NCBI RefSeq assembly: GCF_035547795.1 | Contig: NZ_DASZUF010000181.1 | Span: 2,200-66,199, forward strand | DNA: 64,000 bases | From: Nocardioides sp. | GTDB lineage: Bacteria; Actinomycetota; Actinomycetes; Propionibacteriales; Nocardioidaceae | Direction: 5' to 3' | In this document: piece by piece, positions 48,164-58,465 of the stretch | Position numbering within the stretch: the first letter of the stretch is position 1 | How the letters are laid out: each line of letters opens with the position of its first letter | Program-made: the position numbers and the translations under genes | Notes under the pieces: generated by a model | Seen by the model: the letters and a program-made list of their open reading frames with translations, nothing else | What the model was told of the DNA's origin: nothing | The model's database searches: none

Positions 48164-48844
48164 TCAGGCCTGGGTCTGAATCCAGTGCGCGACCGCCTCG
48201 CCGAAGATGCCGGCGCCGTCGGCGGTGGGGTGCAGCCGGTCGCCCTGGTAGGGCAGCTCGATGCCGAGCGTCGACATGTACGGCACCCGGGCGGCGGCGC
48301 ACAGCCGCGCCAGCAGCGCGTCGACCGGGTACACGCTGTCGCCACGCTTCGGGGCCGCGGTGGGCCCGATGACGACCACCCGGTGGCCGTGCAGCACGCT
48401 CATCAGTCGGTGGAACCCGCTCACCACGTCGGCGGGCGGCTGGTCGGTGTCGTTGAGGCCGCCCTCGACCACCACCAGCGAGGCACCGCCGCGCAACGCC
48501 TCGGGGGCGCGGTCGGCGTACGACTCGTGGCGGCAGTGGGTCGCGCCCTCGCTGAAGCCGGAGCCGGAGAACGCGGCGACGTGCACCCGCCCGGGCAGGT
48601 ACGACGGGAACGACCGGCCGATGTTCCACAGCCCGAAGCCGGCCGCCCACGAGTCGCCGATCACCAGCGTGCGCGGGCCGTGGCCGGTCACGATCGAGGC
48701 GCGCGCCACCGAGGCCGCCTGGGTGCGGGCGCACGACGACTCGGCCGCGCTGGCGCCGTCGTGCAGCAGCACCACCACGACGCCCAGGGTGGCGAGCACG
48801 GACGCCACCGAGGCCGCCAGCACGAGCCGGATCCTTCTGGTCAC
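48164..48844 (-). CDS. Secreted SGNH/GDSL hydrolase
   Basis: IGDSW, GGLND, DRLHP; N-terminal hydrophobic segment. Confidence 0.85.
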   Translation of the reverse strand: MTRRIRLVLAASVASVLATLGVVVVLLHDGASAAESSCARTQAASVARASIVTGHGPRTLVIGDSWAAGFGLWNIGRSFPSYLPGRVHVAAFSGSGFSEGATHCRHESYADRAPEALRGGASLVVVEGGLNDTDQPPADVVSGFHRLMSVLHGHRVVVIGPTAAPKRGDSVYPVDALLARLCAAARVPYMSTLGIELPYQGDRLHPTADGAGIFGEAVAHWIQTQA

Positions 48845-48888
48845 CGGACCATGATCCGGCCGATACCGACGAGGCGCAGCAGATTCAC

Positions 48889-50352
48889 CTAAACGTTGTA
48901 CGACGACAGCTCCGCGGCCAGGTCCTCGTTGGCGCGGCCGGTGATCTCGGTGCCCTCGCCGGTGTGCTCCAGGTGGTCGATCTCGCCGTGCTGGTGCACC
49001 CGGTTGACCAGGTCGCCACGCTCGTAGGGCAGCAGCACGTGGAACGGCACGCCCGGCCGCGGCAGGTCGGCCTCGACCGCCGCCAGTGCCGCCGCGATGC
49101 CCTCGCCGGTGCGCGCGGAGACGGCAACGCTGTGCGGCTCCTCGCGCAGCAGCCGCTGGACCACCAGCGGGTCGGCGGCGTCGATCTTGTTGACCACCAC
49201 CAGCTCCGGCACGTCGGCGGCGCCGATCTCGGCGAAGACCTCGCGCACCGCTGACAACTGCCCCTCCGGGTCCGGGTGGGAGCCGTCGACCACGTGCAGG
49301 ATCAGGTCGGCGTCGGCGACCTCCTCCAGGGTCGACCGGAACGCCTCGACCAATTGGTGCGGCAGGTGCCGGACGAACCCGACGGTGTCACTCATGGTGT
49401 AGACCCGGCCGTCGGCGGTGGTGGTACGCCGGGTGGTGGGGTCCAGCGTGGCGAACAGCGCATCCTCCACCAGCACGCCGGCGTCGGTGAGCCGGTTGAG
49501 CAGGCTGGACTTGCCGGCGTTGGTGTAGCCGGCGATCGCGACCGCGGGGATCTGGTTGCGCCGTCGAGTGGCCCGCTTGGTGTCGCGGGTCGACTTCATC
49601 TCGCGCAGTTCCCGGTTGAGCTTGGCGATCTTGGTGTTGATCCGGCGCCGGTCGGTCTCGATCTTGGTCTCACCGGGCCCGCGGCCACCGATGCCGGCGC
49701 CGCCGGCGACCCGGCCACCGGCCTGGCGCGACAGGTTGCCGCCCCAACCGCGCAGGCGCTGTTTCATGTAGTTGAGCTGGGCGAGCTCGACCTGGGCCTG
49801 ACCCTCCTTGGACTTCGCGTGTTGGGCGAAGATGTCGAGGATCAGGGCGGTCCGGTCGACCACCTTGACCTGGAGGCGGTCCTCGAGGTTGCGCAGCTGG
49901 CTGGGCGCGAGCTCACCGTCGCAGATCACCGTGTCCGCGCCGGTGGCCCGGACGATCTCGCCGATCGCCTCGACCTTGCCACGGCCGACGTACGTCGCCG
50001 GGTCGGGCGACTGCCGGCGCTGGTAGATCGCCTCCAGCACCTCCGAGCCGGCCGTCTCGGCGAGCAGCGCGAGCTCGGCGAGGCTGTTCTCGGCGTCCTC
50101 GATGCTGCCGTCGGTCCACACCCCGACCAGGACGACCCGCTCCAGTCGCAGTTGGCGATACTCGACCTCGGTGATGTCCTCGAGCTCGGTGCGCAGGCTG
50201 GCCACCCGGCGCAGGGCGTGCCGCTCGGCGAGCTCCATCGCGCCGGCGCTGGGCTCGTCCTCGGTGTCGTCGGCGAGGTCGTCGGCGAGGTCGTCCCAGT
50301 CGACGGTCTCCTCGAGCTCGGTCTCCAGGCTGAAGTCATGTGCGTTCGTCAT
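48889..50352 (-). CDS. hflX: Ribosome-splitting GTPase HflX
   Basis: GYTNAGKSS, LFATLD, DTVGF, NKID, GPGETKIE. Confidence 0.97.
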   Translation of the reverse strand: MTNAHDFSLETELEETVDWDDLADDLADDTEDEPSAGAMELAERHALRRVASLRTELEDITEVEYRQLRLERVVLVGVWTDGSIEDAENSLAELALLAETAGSEVLEAIYQRRQSPDPATYVGRGKVEAIGEIVRATGADTVICDGELAPSQLRNLEDRLQVKVVDRTALILDIFAQHAKSKEGQAQVELAQLNYMKQRLRGWGGNLSRQAGGRVAGGAGIGGRGPGETKIETDRRRINTKIAKLNRELREMKSTRDTKRATRRRNQIPAVAIAGYTNAGKSSLLNRLTDAGVLVEDALFATLDPTTRRTTTADGRVYTMSDTVGFVRHLPHQLVEAFRSTLEEVADADLILHVVDGSHPDPEGQLSAVREVFAEIGAADVPELVVVNKIDAADPLVVQRLLREEPHSVAVSARTGEGIAAALAAVEADLPRPGVPFHVLLPYERGDLVNRVHQHGEIDHLEHTGEGTEITGRANEDLAAELSSYNV

Positions 50353-50452
50353 ACGCCTTCAAGGGTACGGCGGCGCGCCAGCGGTTATCGCACCCTCATG
50401 CGTCCCGGCCGCTGGTGCGGCCGGGACGCGTGACATCGCGGGGGTCAGCGAC

Positions 50453-51229
50453 TCACTTGGGTGGCATCCGGATGCCGCCGTCGACGCGGATGGTCTCGGC
50501 GTTCATGTAGTCGTTGGTGATCAGCTCCAGCACCATCGAGGCCAGCTCGTCGGGCACGCCGAGGCGCTTGGGGAAGAGCACGTTCTTGCCCAGGTTGGCC
50601 TTGAACTCCTCCGGGTTCGGCACGAACTCGTAGATCGGGGTGTCGATCAGGCCCGGCGCGACCGTGTTGACCCGGATGCCGGCCGCGGACAGGTCGCGGG
50701 CCAGCGGCAGGGTGAGCCCGACGATGCCGCCCTTGGAGGCGCTGTACGCCGCCTGGCCGATCTGGCCGTCGAAGGCAGCCACGCTGGCCAGGTTGACGAT
50801 CGCGCCACGCTGGCCGTTCGCGTCCGGCTCGTTGCGGCTCATCACCGTCGCGGCCTGGCGGACCACGTCGAAGGTGCCGATCAGGTTGATCTCGATGACC
50901 TTGCGGAAGGCGTCGATCGGGAACGCCGACTCGATCTGACCGTCGCGGCCGATGGTGCGCACCGCCGAGCCGATGCCGGCGGAGTTCACGCACGCCTTCA
51001 GCGGTGCGATCTGCGCGGCCTGCTCCACCGCGGCGGTGATCTGGTCGGTCTTGGTCACGTCCACCTGCGCGAAGACGCCCTTGACCTCCTCGGCCAGGGC
51101 CTCGCCCTTGTCGGCCTGCAGGTCGGCGATGATCACCGTCGCGCCGCGGTCGGCGAGCTGGCGCACGCAGGCCGCGCCGATGCCGCTGGCGCCACCGGTG
51201 ACGATGGCGGTGCTGTTGGTCAGATCCAT
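50453..51229 (-). CDS. SDR, 3-hydroxyacyl-CoA dehydrogenase type II-like
   Basis: [29 protein letters not shown]. Confidence 0.9.
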   Translation of the reverse strand: MDLTNSTAIVTGGASGIGAACVRQLADRGATVIIADLQADKGEALAEEVKGVFAQVDVTKTDQITAAVEQAAQIAPLKACVNSAGIGSAVRTIGRDGQIESAFPIDAFRKVIEINLIGTFDVVRQAATVMSRNEPDANGQRGAIVNLASVAAFDGQIGQAAYSASKGGIVGLTLPLARDLSAAGIRVNTVAPGLIDTPIYEFVPNPEEFKANLGKNVLFPKRLGVPDELASMVLELITNDYMNAETIRVDGGIRMPPK

Positions 51230-51267
51230 GCGCCGGACTCTAGCGCCCGGCCACCTATCGTCGATCC

Positions 51268-52233
51268 ATGCGTCGAAGCCTGGTCTTGTTGTCGTCGTCG
51301 ACCGTGCTGGCCGCCGTGCTGACCGCATGCGGCGGCGCCTCGCGTCCCGCCGGGGCGACGCCCTCACCGCCGGCGGCCACGGCGGCCTCCACGACCCCGA
51401 TGACCCCGATGACCCCGATGACCCCGGGGAGCACGGCGACCGCACGTGCCGCCGGGCCGCGGGTGACGAAGGCGATCGTCTTCATGGTCGAGAACCACTC
51501 TCTCGCCGAGATGCGCGCCGGCATGCCGCGCACCTATGCCTTCGCCACCCAGCACGCCTACGCCACCGACTACACCGCCATCCGCCACCCGTCCCTGCCG
51601 AACTACATCGCGATCGCGGCCGGGTCGACGCTCGGGATCACCGACGACGCCGACCCCACGGTCCACCGACTGCGCGGCAACACCGTCTTCCGCCAGGCCC
51701 ACCGGCACGGCCGCACGGCGAAGGTGTACGCCGACGCCATGCCCGGTCACTGCGCCCTGACCAACCACGGCGAGTACGCCGTCCGACACAACCCGTGGGC
51801 CTACTTCGTCACGGACCGGGCCGCCTGCCGCAAGCACGACGTACCCGCCACCCGACTGGCCCACGACGCCGCTGCGGGCACGCTGCCGAACGTCGGGTTC
51901 GTCATCCCCGACGTCGTCCACGACGCCCACGACGGCACGCTGGCCCAGGCCGACGACTGGATCTCGGCCCGCATCGCCGCCCTCACCTCCGGACCCGACT
52001 GGACGTCCGGCCGGCTGGCGATCGTGGTGACCGCCGACGAGGACGACGGCCGCCACGGCAACAGGGTGCTGACAGTGGTGGCCACCCATGACCAGCGACC
52101 ACGGGTGGTCTCCTCACCGCTGAGTCACTACTCGCTGACCGGCTTCCTCGACGACGTCGTCGGCGCCAAGCACCTGCGTCGTGCCCGCACCGCCCCGTCG
52201 CTGGCGCGGGCGTTCGGCCTCAGGGTCGACTGA
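51268..52233 (+). CDS. Phosphoesterase-family lipoprotein
   Basis: Lipobox LTAC, MVENHS, HPSLPNY, RHNPW, DAHD, TADE. Confidence 0.85.
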   Translation: MRRSLVLLSSSTVLAAVLTACGGASRPAGATPSPPAATAASTTPMTPMTPMTPGSTATARAAGPRVTKAIVFMVENHSLAEMRAGMPRTYAFATQHAYATDYTAIRHPSLPNYIAIAAGSTLGITDDADPTVHRLRGNTVFRQAHRHGRTAKVYADAMPGHCALTNHGEYAVRHNPWAYFVTDRAACRKHDVPATRLAHDAAAGTLPNVGFVIPDVVHDAHDGTLAQADDWISARIAALTSGPDWTSGRLAIVVTADEDDGRHGNRVLTVVATHDQRPRVVSSPLSHYSLTGFLDDVVGAKHLRRARTAPSLARAFGLRVD

Positions 52234-52239
52234 TCGGCC

Positions 52240-53064
52240 TCACAGGTCGGTCTCGCCACGGGCGACCAGGACCGCCGGCCCGCTCAGCAGGACGCCCGTG
52301 TCGGTCCACGTCACCGTCAGCCGACCACCGGGCACGTCCACCGTGTACGCCGCCGGCCGAGTCGCACCGTCGGCCAGCATCGCGGCCACCCCCACCGCAC
52401 CGGCGCCGGTGCCACAGGAGCGGGTCTCCCCCACTCCGCGCTCGTGCACCCGCATCGCGACGTGCCGCGGCCCCACCGACACCACGAACTCGACGTTCAC
52501 CCCGGTCGGGTAGACCGCGGCGTCGTACTCCGGCTGCTCCAGCAGGCTGCCCGGCTGCTCCAGGGTCTCCACGAAGACGACCGCATGGGGGTTGCCCATG
52601 CTCAGGTGCCGCGCCGGCCAGGTGTGGCCGCCCGCGGCGACCTTGGTCTCGCCGTGGATCTCGGCCGGGCCGAGGTCGACGGTCCAGTCGGCACCGTCGA
52701 AGGTAAGGGTCTTGTCGCCGGCCCGGGTCGCGATCGTGATCGAGTCACCGGCCAGCCCCTGCTCGCGCAGGTACGCCGCGAACACCCGGGTGCCGTTGCC
52801 GCACATCTCCGCGATGGAGCCGTCCGCGTTGCGGTAGTCCATGAACCACTCGCCCGCCACCCCCGTCGGCGCGCCGGGCCAGTCGGCCGGGTAGCTCGCC
52901 GTGCGGACGACGCGCAGCACGCCGTCGGCGCCGAGGCCGGCCCGCCGGTCGCACAACGCGCGAACGCGCTCGGCGGCGAGCGGACCGTGCACCGATCCGT
53001 CCGGGTCGGGCAGCACCACGAAGTCGTTCTCGGTGCCGTGGCCCTTGACGAATGGATAGCTCAC
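52240..53064 (-). CDS. dapF: Diaminopimelate epimerase
   Basis: KGHGTENDF, EMCGNG, MGNPH, ERGVGETRSCGTG. Confidence 0.97.
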   Translation of the reverse strand: MSYPFVKGHGTENDFVVLPDPDGSVHGPLAAERVRALCDRRAGLGADGVLRVVRTASYPADWPGAPTGVAGEWFMDYRNADGSIAEMCGNGTRVFAAYLREQGLAGDSITIATRAGDKTLTFDGADWTVDLGPAEIHGETKVAAGGHTWPARHLSMGNPHAVVFVETLEQPGSLLEQPEYDAAVYPTGVNVEFVVSVGPRHVAMRVHERGVGETRSCGTGAGAVGVAAMLADGATRPAAYTVDVPGGRLTVTWTDTGVLLSGPAVLVARGETDL

Positions 53065-54014
53065 GGCACCAGCCTACGGACCGCTGCCACCGCCTTCTCG
53101 ACCCGCTCGGGGTCGTCGTGGCGCACCCACACCACCCGCGGGTCCTTGCGAAACCACGCGTCCTGGCGCCGGGCGAACCGGCGGGTCTTGGCCACGGTCT
53201 TGAGCTTGGCCTCGGCCAGGGTCAGGTCGCCGGCGAGGTACGCCGCCACCTCCTGGTAGCCGATCGCCGCCGCGGCGGTCCTGCTCCGCAGCAGTCCGCG
53301 ACCGATCAGACCCTCCACCTCGGCCACCAGGCCGGCCTCGAACATCTGCTCCACCCGCTGCTCGATCCGGGCGTCGAGCGTCTCGCGGTCGATGTCGACG
53401 CCGATCTGGACGGTGTGCGGGTCGACGTACTGCTGCACCGGCAGGCGGGCCCTGAACGGCCTGCCAGTCAGCTCGACGACCTCCAGGGCACGCACGATGC
53501 GGCGGCCGTTCTCCGGCTCGATCCGCTCCGCCGCCACCGGGTCGACGCCGGCCAGCCGCCGGTGCAGGGCCGCGGCCCCGAACGAGTCCAGGTCGCGCTC
53601 GAGCCGGGCGCGCAGCGCGGGATCGGTCCCGGGGAACTCGAACCGGTCGACCAGCGCCCGGGTGTAGAGCGCGCTGCCACCGACCAGGATCGGCACCGTG
53701 CCCGCGGCGCGGAGCCGGGCGATCACGTCGCGGGCCCAGCCCTGGTACTCGGCCACGGTGGCCGGCTCCGTCACGTCGAGCACGTCGACGAGGTGGTGTG
53801 GGACGCCGCGCCACTCCCGCTCGGGCAGCTTGGCGGTGCCGATGTCCATGCCGCGGTAGAGCTGCATGGCGTCGGTGTTGACGATCTCGCCACCGAGCCG
53901 CTCGGCCAGGTCGAGGGAGAGCGCCGTCTTCCCGGCAGCCGTGGCGCCGACCACCGCCACCAGGGGAACAGCCGGAGAACTCTGGTCCGAGGGCGTGGAG
54001 GATAGCGCCGGCAT
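53061..54014 (-). CDS. miaA: tRNA dimethylallyltransferase
   Basis: GATAAGKT, DAMQLYRGMDIGTAK, RRIVRALE, AIGY, RRQ..WF. Confidence 0.97.
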   Translation of the reverse strand: MPALSSTPSDQSSPAVPLVAVVGATAAGKTALSLDLAERLGGEIVNTDAMQLYRGMDIGTAKLPEREWRGVPHHLVDVLDVTEPATVAEYQGWARDVIARLRAAGTVPILVGGSALYTRALVDRFEFPGTDPALRARLERDLDSFGAAALHRRLAGVDPVAAERIEPENGRRIVRALEVVELTGRPFRARLPVQQYVDPHTVQIGVDIDRETLDARIEQRVEQMFEAGLVAEVEGLIGRGLLRSRTAAAAIGYQEVAAYLAGDLTLAEAKLKTVAKTRRFARRQDAWFRKDPRVVWVRHDDPERVEKAVAAVRRLVP

Positions 54015-54078
54015 GTGGCTAGTGTGTCAGCGAACGCGGCGCCACTCGGGGTGCCGCCCATCACGATGGGGGATGAAC

Positions 54079-54261
54079 ATGGGATTTCTCGATGACGCGG
54101 TGAACAAGGCCAAGGACGCCGTCTCCGACCACCCGGACCAGGTCTCCGACGCGCTGGACAAGGCGTCGGACTTCGCCGACGACAAGACCGGCGGCAAGTT
54201 CGGCGACCAGATCGACGCCGGCGTGGACAAGGCCAAGGACGCGCTCGGCATCGACGAGTGA
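54079..54261 (+). CDS. Small MT0933-like protein
   Basis: MGFLDDAVNKAKD...DKTGGKFGDQID. Confidence 0.8.
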   Translation: MGFLDDAVNKAKDAVSDHPDQVSDALDKASDFADDKTGGKFGDQIDAGVDKAKDALGIDE

Positions 54262-54291
54262 CGCACTGACCGAGCTACGTAGGCCGCCTGG

Positions 54292-54753
54292 ATGACACTC
54301 GACCGCTTCGTCGTCGTCCCGGCGGCCTACGTGTTCCTGCTGCGCCCCGGCACCGCCGGCACCGAGGTGCTGCTGCAGCGGCGCGGCGACGTACCGTTCA
54401 TGGCTGGCCACTGGGGCGCGGGCGCGGCCGGCCACGTCGAGCGCGGCGAGACCGCCTTCGACGCCGCCACCCGCGAGGCGGTCGAGGAGATCGGCGTCAC
54501 CGATGTCGACCTCACCTTCCTGACGTCGATGCAGCGCACCGCGGGCGGTGAGCCGATCGACGAGCGCGTCGACTTCTTCTTCACCGCCCGCGCATGGTCG
54601 GGCGAGCCCCGGATCATGGAGTCGGCCAAGGCCACCGACCTCGGCTGGTTCCCGCTGAGCGCGCTCCCCGAGCCGACGGTGCCGCACGAGGCGATGGTGC
54701 TGGGCCTGCTGGCGCGGGACGCGGTGCCGCCGTACCTGACCTTCGGCTTCTGA
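54292..54753 (+). CDS. NUDIX hydrolase
   Basis: GHVERGETAFDAATREAVEEIG Nudix box. Confidence 0.9.
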   Translation: MTLDRFVVVPAAYVFLLRPGTAGTEVLLQRRGDVPFMAGHWGAGAAGHVERGETAFDAATREAVEEIGVTDVDLTFLTSMQRTAGGEPIDERVDFFFTARAWSGEPRIMESAKATDLGWFPLSALPEPTVPHEAMVLGLLARDAVPPYLTFGF

Positions 54754-54757
54754 GGGG

Positions 54758-55993
54758 TCAGGCCGGCGACTCGGCGACCACCGGCATCGCGAACGCGTGC
54801 TCGAGATGCCGGTGCCGTGCGACGTAGCGGCGTACGCCGACGAAGGCCGCCGCCGCGGCCAGGCTCAGGCACAGCATCGTGACCGCGAACGGCACGGCGG
54901 TGTCCTCGCCGGCGATGCCGCCCAACGGCGAGACCAGGCCGGCTCCGAGGAACATCAGGCCGCCGCCCAGCCCGCTGCCCGAGCCGGCGACGTCCCGGCT
55001 CTGCTGCACCGCGAGCGCGCCGCAGTTGCCGTTGACGAAGCCGAGCGAGGCCAGGGCGACGAAGAGCGGGACGAGCATCAGGGCGCGCGGCAGCGGAGAG
55101 AGGACGACGAGCAGCATCACCGCGATCGCCGCCACCGCGACGGGCAGCGCCCGCCCGGCCGTGCGCGCCGGATGCACCCGCCGCCGGGCCAGCCGGGAGG
55201 ACGCGAAGCTGGCCGCGACCAGCCCGATGGCATTGAGCGCGAAGCAGAGCCCGTAGTCGGCGCTGGAGAGGCCGAGGTAGCGCTGGAAGACGAACGAGGA
55301 GGACGAGACGTAGGTCATCAGGGTGGCGAAGCCGAGCACCTGCGTGGCCGCGTGTCCGACGTACGCGGGGCGGCGCAGCAGCGTGCCGATGTGCCCATAG
55401 CGCACCCGCGGACTGCGGCGCTCGACCGGCAGCGACTCGCGGACGACCAGCATGATCACGACGATCTGCACCAGCGTGAAGCCGCAGATCACGCCGAGCA
55501 CGCCGCGCCAGGGCACGTGCTCGGCGAGGAAGCCGCCCGCCACCGGAGCGCAGATCGGGGCCAGGCCGATGATGGTGCCCAGCAGCGTCAGCGTGCGCGC
55601 CAGCGCGAAGCCGTGCAGCCGATCGGCGACCGAAGCGCCTCCGGAGACGACCACCGCGGCGCCACACAGCGCCTGCACCAGTCGGGCCACGATGAGCACG
55701 TGCACGCTCGGCGCCAGCATCGCCACGACCGAGGCGACGAAGCTCAGCGCGGCGCCGGCGATCATCGGCCGAATCCGGCCGAGATGGTCGGTGACCGGGC
55801 CCCAGAGCACCTGTCCGAGGCCGATGCCGACCAGGAACGCGGTCAGCGTGAGCTGCACCATCGACGCGTCGGTGTGCAACGCGCGCGTCATCTGCGGGAA
55901 CGACGCGAGATACAGGTCGGTGGAGACCGGCGCGGTGGCGCTCAGCAGCGCCAGGGTGACCAGCAGCCGACCGGGGAGGCGTTCCTCAGTCAC
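54758..55993 (-). CDS. Bcr/CflA-like MFS efflux transporter
   Basis: TDLYLASFP, GPVTDHLGR, ARLVQA, ~12 TM. Confidence 0.9.
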   Translation of the reverse strand: MTEERLPGRLLVTLALLSATAPVSTDLYLASFPQMTRALHTDASMVQLTLTAFLVGIGLGQVLWGPVTDHLGRIRPMIAGAALSFVASVVAMLAPSVHVLIVARLVQALCGAAVVVSGGASVADRLHGFALARTLTLLGTIIGLAPICAPVAGGFLAEHVPWRGVLGVICGFTLVQIVVIMLVVRESLPVERRSPRVRYGHIGTLLRRPAYVGHAATQVLGFATLMTYVSSSSFVFQRYLGLSSADYGLCFALNAIGLVAASFASSRLARRRVHPARTAGRALPVAVAAIAVMLLVVLSPLPRALMLVPLFVALASLGFVNGNCGALAVQQSRDVAGSGSGLGGGLMFLGAGLVSPLGGIAGEDTAVPFAVTMLCLSLAAAAAFVGVRRYVARHRHLEHAFAMPVVAESPA

Positions 55994-56091
55994 AAGCGAT
56001 CACGGGGAGTTCTTATCATCAAGGACCTCAGTGGTGCTTCTTCGGGTCACCCGGTGGACGGGCTCCCGCCCCGCCTGCCCGCCGGCCCCGT

Positions 56092-56180
56092 CTCCCAAAG
56101 TGTCACCGTGACACTTTGCGGCTGAAGTGACACTTCCGAAGTGTCACCCGCCACGCGAACTGTCACGGTGACAGTTTGGG
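56092..56180. repeat. Nested palindromic repeat, family B copy 2
   Basis: CCCAAAGTGTCACCGTGACACTTTG ... GTGACACTTCCGAAGTGTCAC ... TGTCACGGTGACAGTTTGGG. Confidence 0.85.
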
Positions 56181-56192
56181 CAGAGCGGGGCC

Positions 56193-57665
56193 TCAGCCGC
56201 AGGCGGGGGCGGCCGGGAGTGGGTCGGGCACCCCGACGGTCGGCAGCCCGAGGCCGACGACCTGCTTGGGGACGGCGGTCCGTGCCTCCCAGGCGTCCCC
56301 GGAGCGGGTACGCCGCACGCCGAGCACCCGGTCGGCCACCAGGTGGTGCGGGGCGGCGTAGGTGATCTCCGCCGTCACCATGTCGCCCGGGCGCACCGGC
56401 TCGACGCGGCCGGCCAGCGAGTCGGGCGCGAAGTGGACCAGCCGATTGTCGGGCGCCCGGCCCGACATGCGGTGCGTCTCGCCGTCCTTGCGACCCTCGC
56501 CCTCGGCGACCATCAACTCGACGGTGCGGCCGACCTGGGCCTTGTTCTCCTCCCAGGCGATCTCGTTGACCACGTCGACCAGCCGCCGGTAGCGCTCGCC
56601 GACGACCTCCGGCGAGATCTGGTCGGGCATGTCGGCGGCCGGCGTACCGGGGCGCTTGGAGTACTGGAAGGTGAACGCGCTGGCGAAGCGCGCCTCGCGC
56701 ACCACGCGCAGCGTCTCCTCGAAGTCCTCCTCGGTCTCACCCGGGAATCCCACGATGATGTCGGTGGTGATCGCGGCGTGCGGGATCGCCGCGCGGACCC
56801 GCTCGATGATGCCCAGGTACTTCGAGGAGCGGTAGGAGCGGCGCATCGCCCGCAGGATCCGGTCGGAGCCGGACTGCAGCGGCATGTGCAGGGAGGGCAT
56901 CACGTTGGGCGTCTGGGCCATCGCCTCGATCACGTCGTCGGTGAACTCCGCCGGGTGCGGGGAGGTGAAGCGCACTCGTTCCAGGCCCTCGATCGAGCCG
57001 CACGCACGCAACAGCTTGGAGAAGGCCTGCCGGTCGCCGAACTCCACGCCGTACGCGTTGACGTTCTGGCCGAGCAGGGTGATCTCCGCGACGCCCTCCG
57101 CCACGAGCGCCTCGATCTCGGCCAGGATCTCCCCCGGACGGCGGTCCTTCTCCTTGCCGCGCAGCGACGGCACGATGCAGAAGGTGCAAGTGTTGTTGCA
57201 GCCGACGCTGACCGACACCCAGGCGGCGTAGGGGCTCTCCCGGCGCGTCGGCAGCGTGGAGGGGAAGACCTCGAGCGACTCGAGGATCTCGACCTGCGCC
57301 TCCTCCGCCACCCGGGCGCGTTCCAGCAGCACCGGCAGCGAGCCGATGTTGTGGGTCCCGAAGACCACGTCCACCCAGGGCGCCTTCTCGGTGATAACCG
57401 AGCGGTCCTTCTGCGCCAGGCACCCGCCGACGGCGATCTGCATGCCGGGGTGCGCGTCCTTGACCGGGCGCAGGTGACCGAGGTTGCCGTAGAGCTTGTT
57501 GTCGGCGTTCTCCCGCACCGCGCAGGTGTTGAACACGACCACGTCGGCCTGCTCGCCGTCAGCCGCCTTCAGGTAGCCCGCGTCCTCCAGCAGCCCGGAG
57601 AGCCGCTCGGAGTCGTGGACGTTCATCTGGCACCCGTAGGTGCGGACCTCATACGTGCGAGCCAT
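56193..57665 (-). CDS. miaB: tRNA methylthiotransferase MiaB
   Basis: [27 protein letters not shown] radical-SAM motif, TRAM tail. Confidence 0.97.
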   Translation of the reverse strand: MARTYEVRTYGCQMNVHDSERLSGLLEDAGYLKAADGEQADVVVFNTCAVRENADNKLYGNLGHLRPVKDAHPGMQIAVGGCLAQKDRSVITEKAPWVDVVFGTHNIGSLPVLLERARVAEEAQVEILESLEVFPSTLPTRRESPYAAWVSVSVGCNNTCTFCIVPSLRGKEKDRRPGEILAEIEALVAEGVAEITLLGQNVNAYGVEFGDRQAFSKLLRACGSIEGLERVRFTSPHPAEFTDDVIEAMAQTPNVMPSLHMPLQSGSDRILRAMRRSYRSSKYLGIIERVRAAIPHAAITTDIIVGFPGETEEDFEETLRVVREARFASAFTFQYSKRPGTPAADMPDQISPEVVGERYRRLVDVVNEIAWEENKAQVGRTVELMVAEGEGRKDGETHRMSGRAPDNRLVHFAPDSLAGRVEPVRPGDMVTAEITYAAPHHLVADRVLGVRRTRSGDAWEARTAVPKQVVGLGLPTVGVPDPLPAAPACG

Positions 57666-57706
57666 AACCCGGCAAGGGTACGGCGCGACCCCGCGCCGTA
57701 CTCAAT

Positions 57707-58180
57707 TCACTTCTTGGGAGTCACCCACAGCCTGATGACGCCCTCGATCACGACGGTGCCGTCGTCGCGCACGCCCTTCACTCGCACCGGCAGGTCGGGG
57801 TCGTCGCCGTCCCACTGCTCCTGGTCGGTCTCGGCGATGCAGGTGATGTCGCTGGTCGCCTTGGCGGTGTAGGCGACCTCCATGCCCTTGGGGATCCAGC
57901 GCTTGCCTGCCGGGATGGTGGTCTCGGCCAGGGCGCCCATCGCCATCTCCAGGCCGTTGCAGAGCGCGATCGCGTGCACGGTGCCGATGTGGTTGTGCAC
58001 CCGGCGCCGGTTCGGAATCACCACCTCGGCGTGGTTGGGCCGCAGTTCGGTGACGCGCGGGTGGATCGTGCCGAAGTACGGCGCCTTCTGGCTGAAGGCG
58101 ATCGAGAAGATCCGCTTGCCGACGACGGGGATGCTCGAGGTGCTGGTCCAAAGACGGTAGAGCTGCGACATGCCCACCAT
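57707..58180 (-). CDS. Hotdog-fold thioesterase (DUF4442-like)
   Basis: APYFGTI, NHIGTVHAIALCN. Confidence 0.8.
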   Translation of the reverse strand: MVGMSQLYRLWTSTSSIPVVGKRIFSIAFSQKAPYFGTIHPRVTELRPNHAEVVIPNRRRVHNHIGTVHAIALCNGLEMAMGALAETTIPAGKRWIPKGMEVAYTAKATSDITCIAETDQEQWDGDDPDLPVRVKGVRDDGTVVIEGVIRLWVTPKK

Positions 58181-58199
58181 CTTACTGATGAGTAACTTG

Positions 58200-58463
58200 T
58201 TAGGCGAGCGAGAGGAACACCCGCTCCAGCTCCTCCAGCTCCGCGGGATCGGCGCCGCGCATGGTCCGGCTGCGCAGCTCGCCGGCGAGCAGCGCGAACG
58301 CCGCCTTGTCCAACGCCCGGGTGACCGCCTTGAGCTGGGAGACCACCTCGTCCAGGCTGCGGCCCTCCTCGATCATCCGCAGCACCCCGCCCAGCTGCCC
58401 CTGCGCGCGGCGGACGCGATTGACGACGACGGCACGCTGCTCCGGGTCGGCTGCCAGGTTCAT
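58200..58463 (-). CDS. CsoR/RcnR-family repressor lacking Cys and His
   Basis: NRVRRAQGQLGGVLRMIEEGR...QLKAV..ALD signature. Confidence 0.85.
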   Translation of the reverse strand: MNLAADPEQRAVVVNRVRRAQGQLGGVLRMIEEGRSLDEVVSQLKAVTRALDKAAFALLAGELRSRTMRGADPAELEELERVFLSLA

Positions 58464-58465
58464 GC

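Noticed and set aside
51393-51426. ACCCCGATG repeats in the phosphoesterase gene
   Set aside because: In-frame TPM linker expansion typical of lipoprotein tethers
54079-54261. MT0933-like protein as part of a TA system
   Set aside because: No adjacent toxin; this family commonly occurs alone
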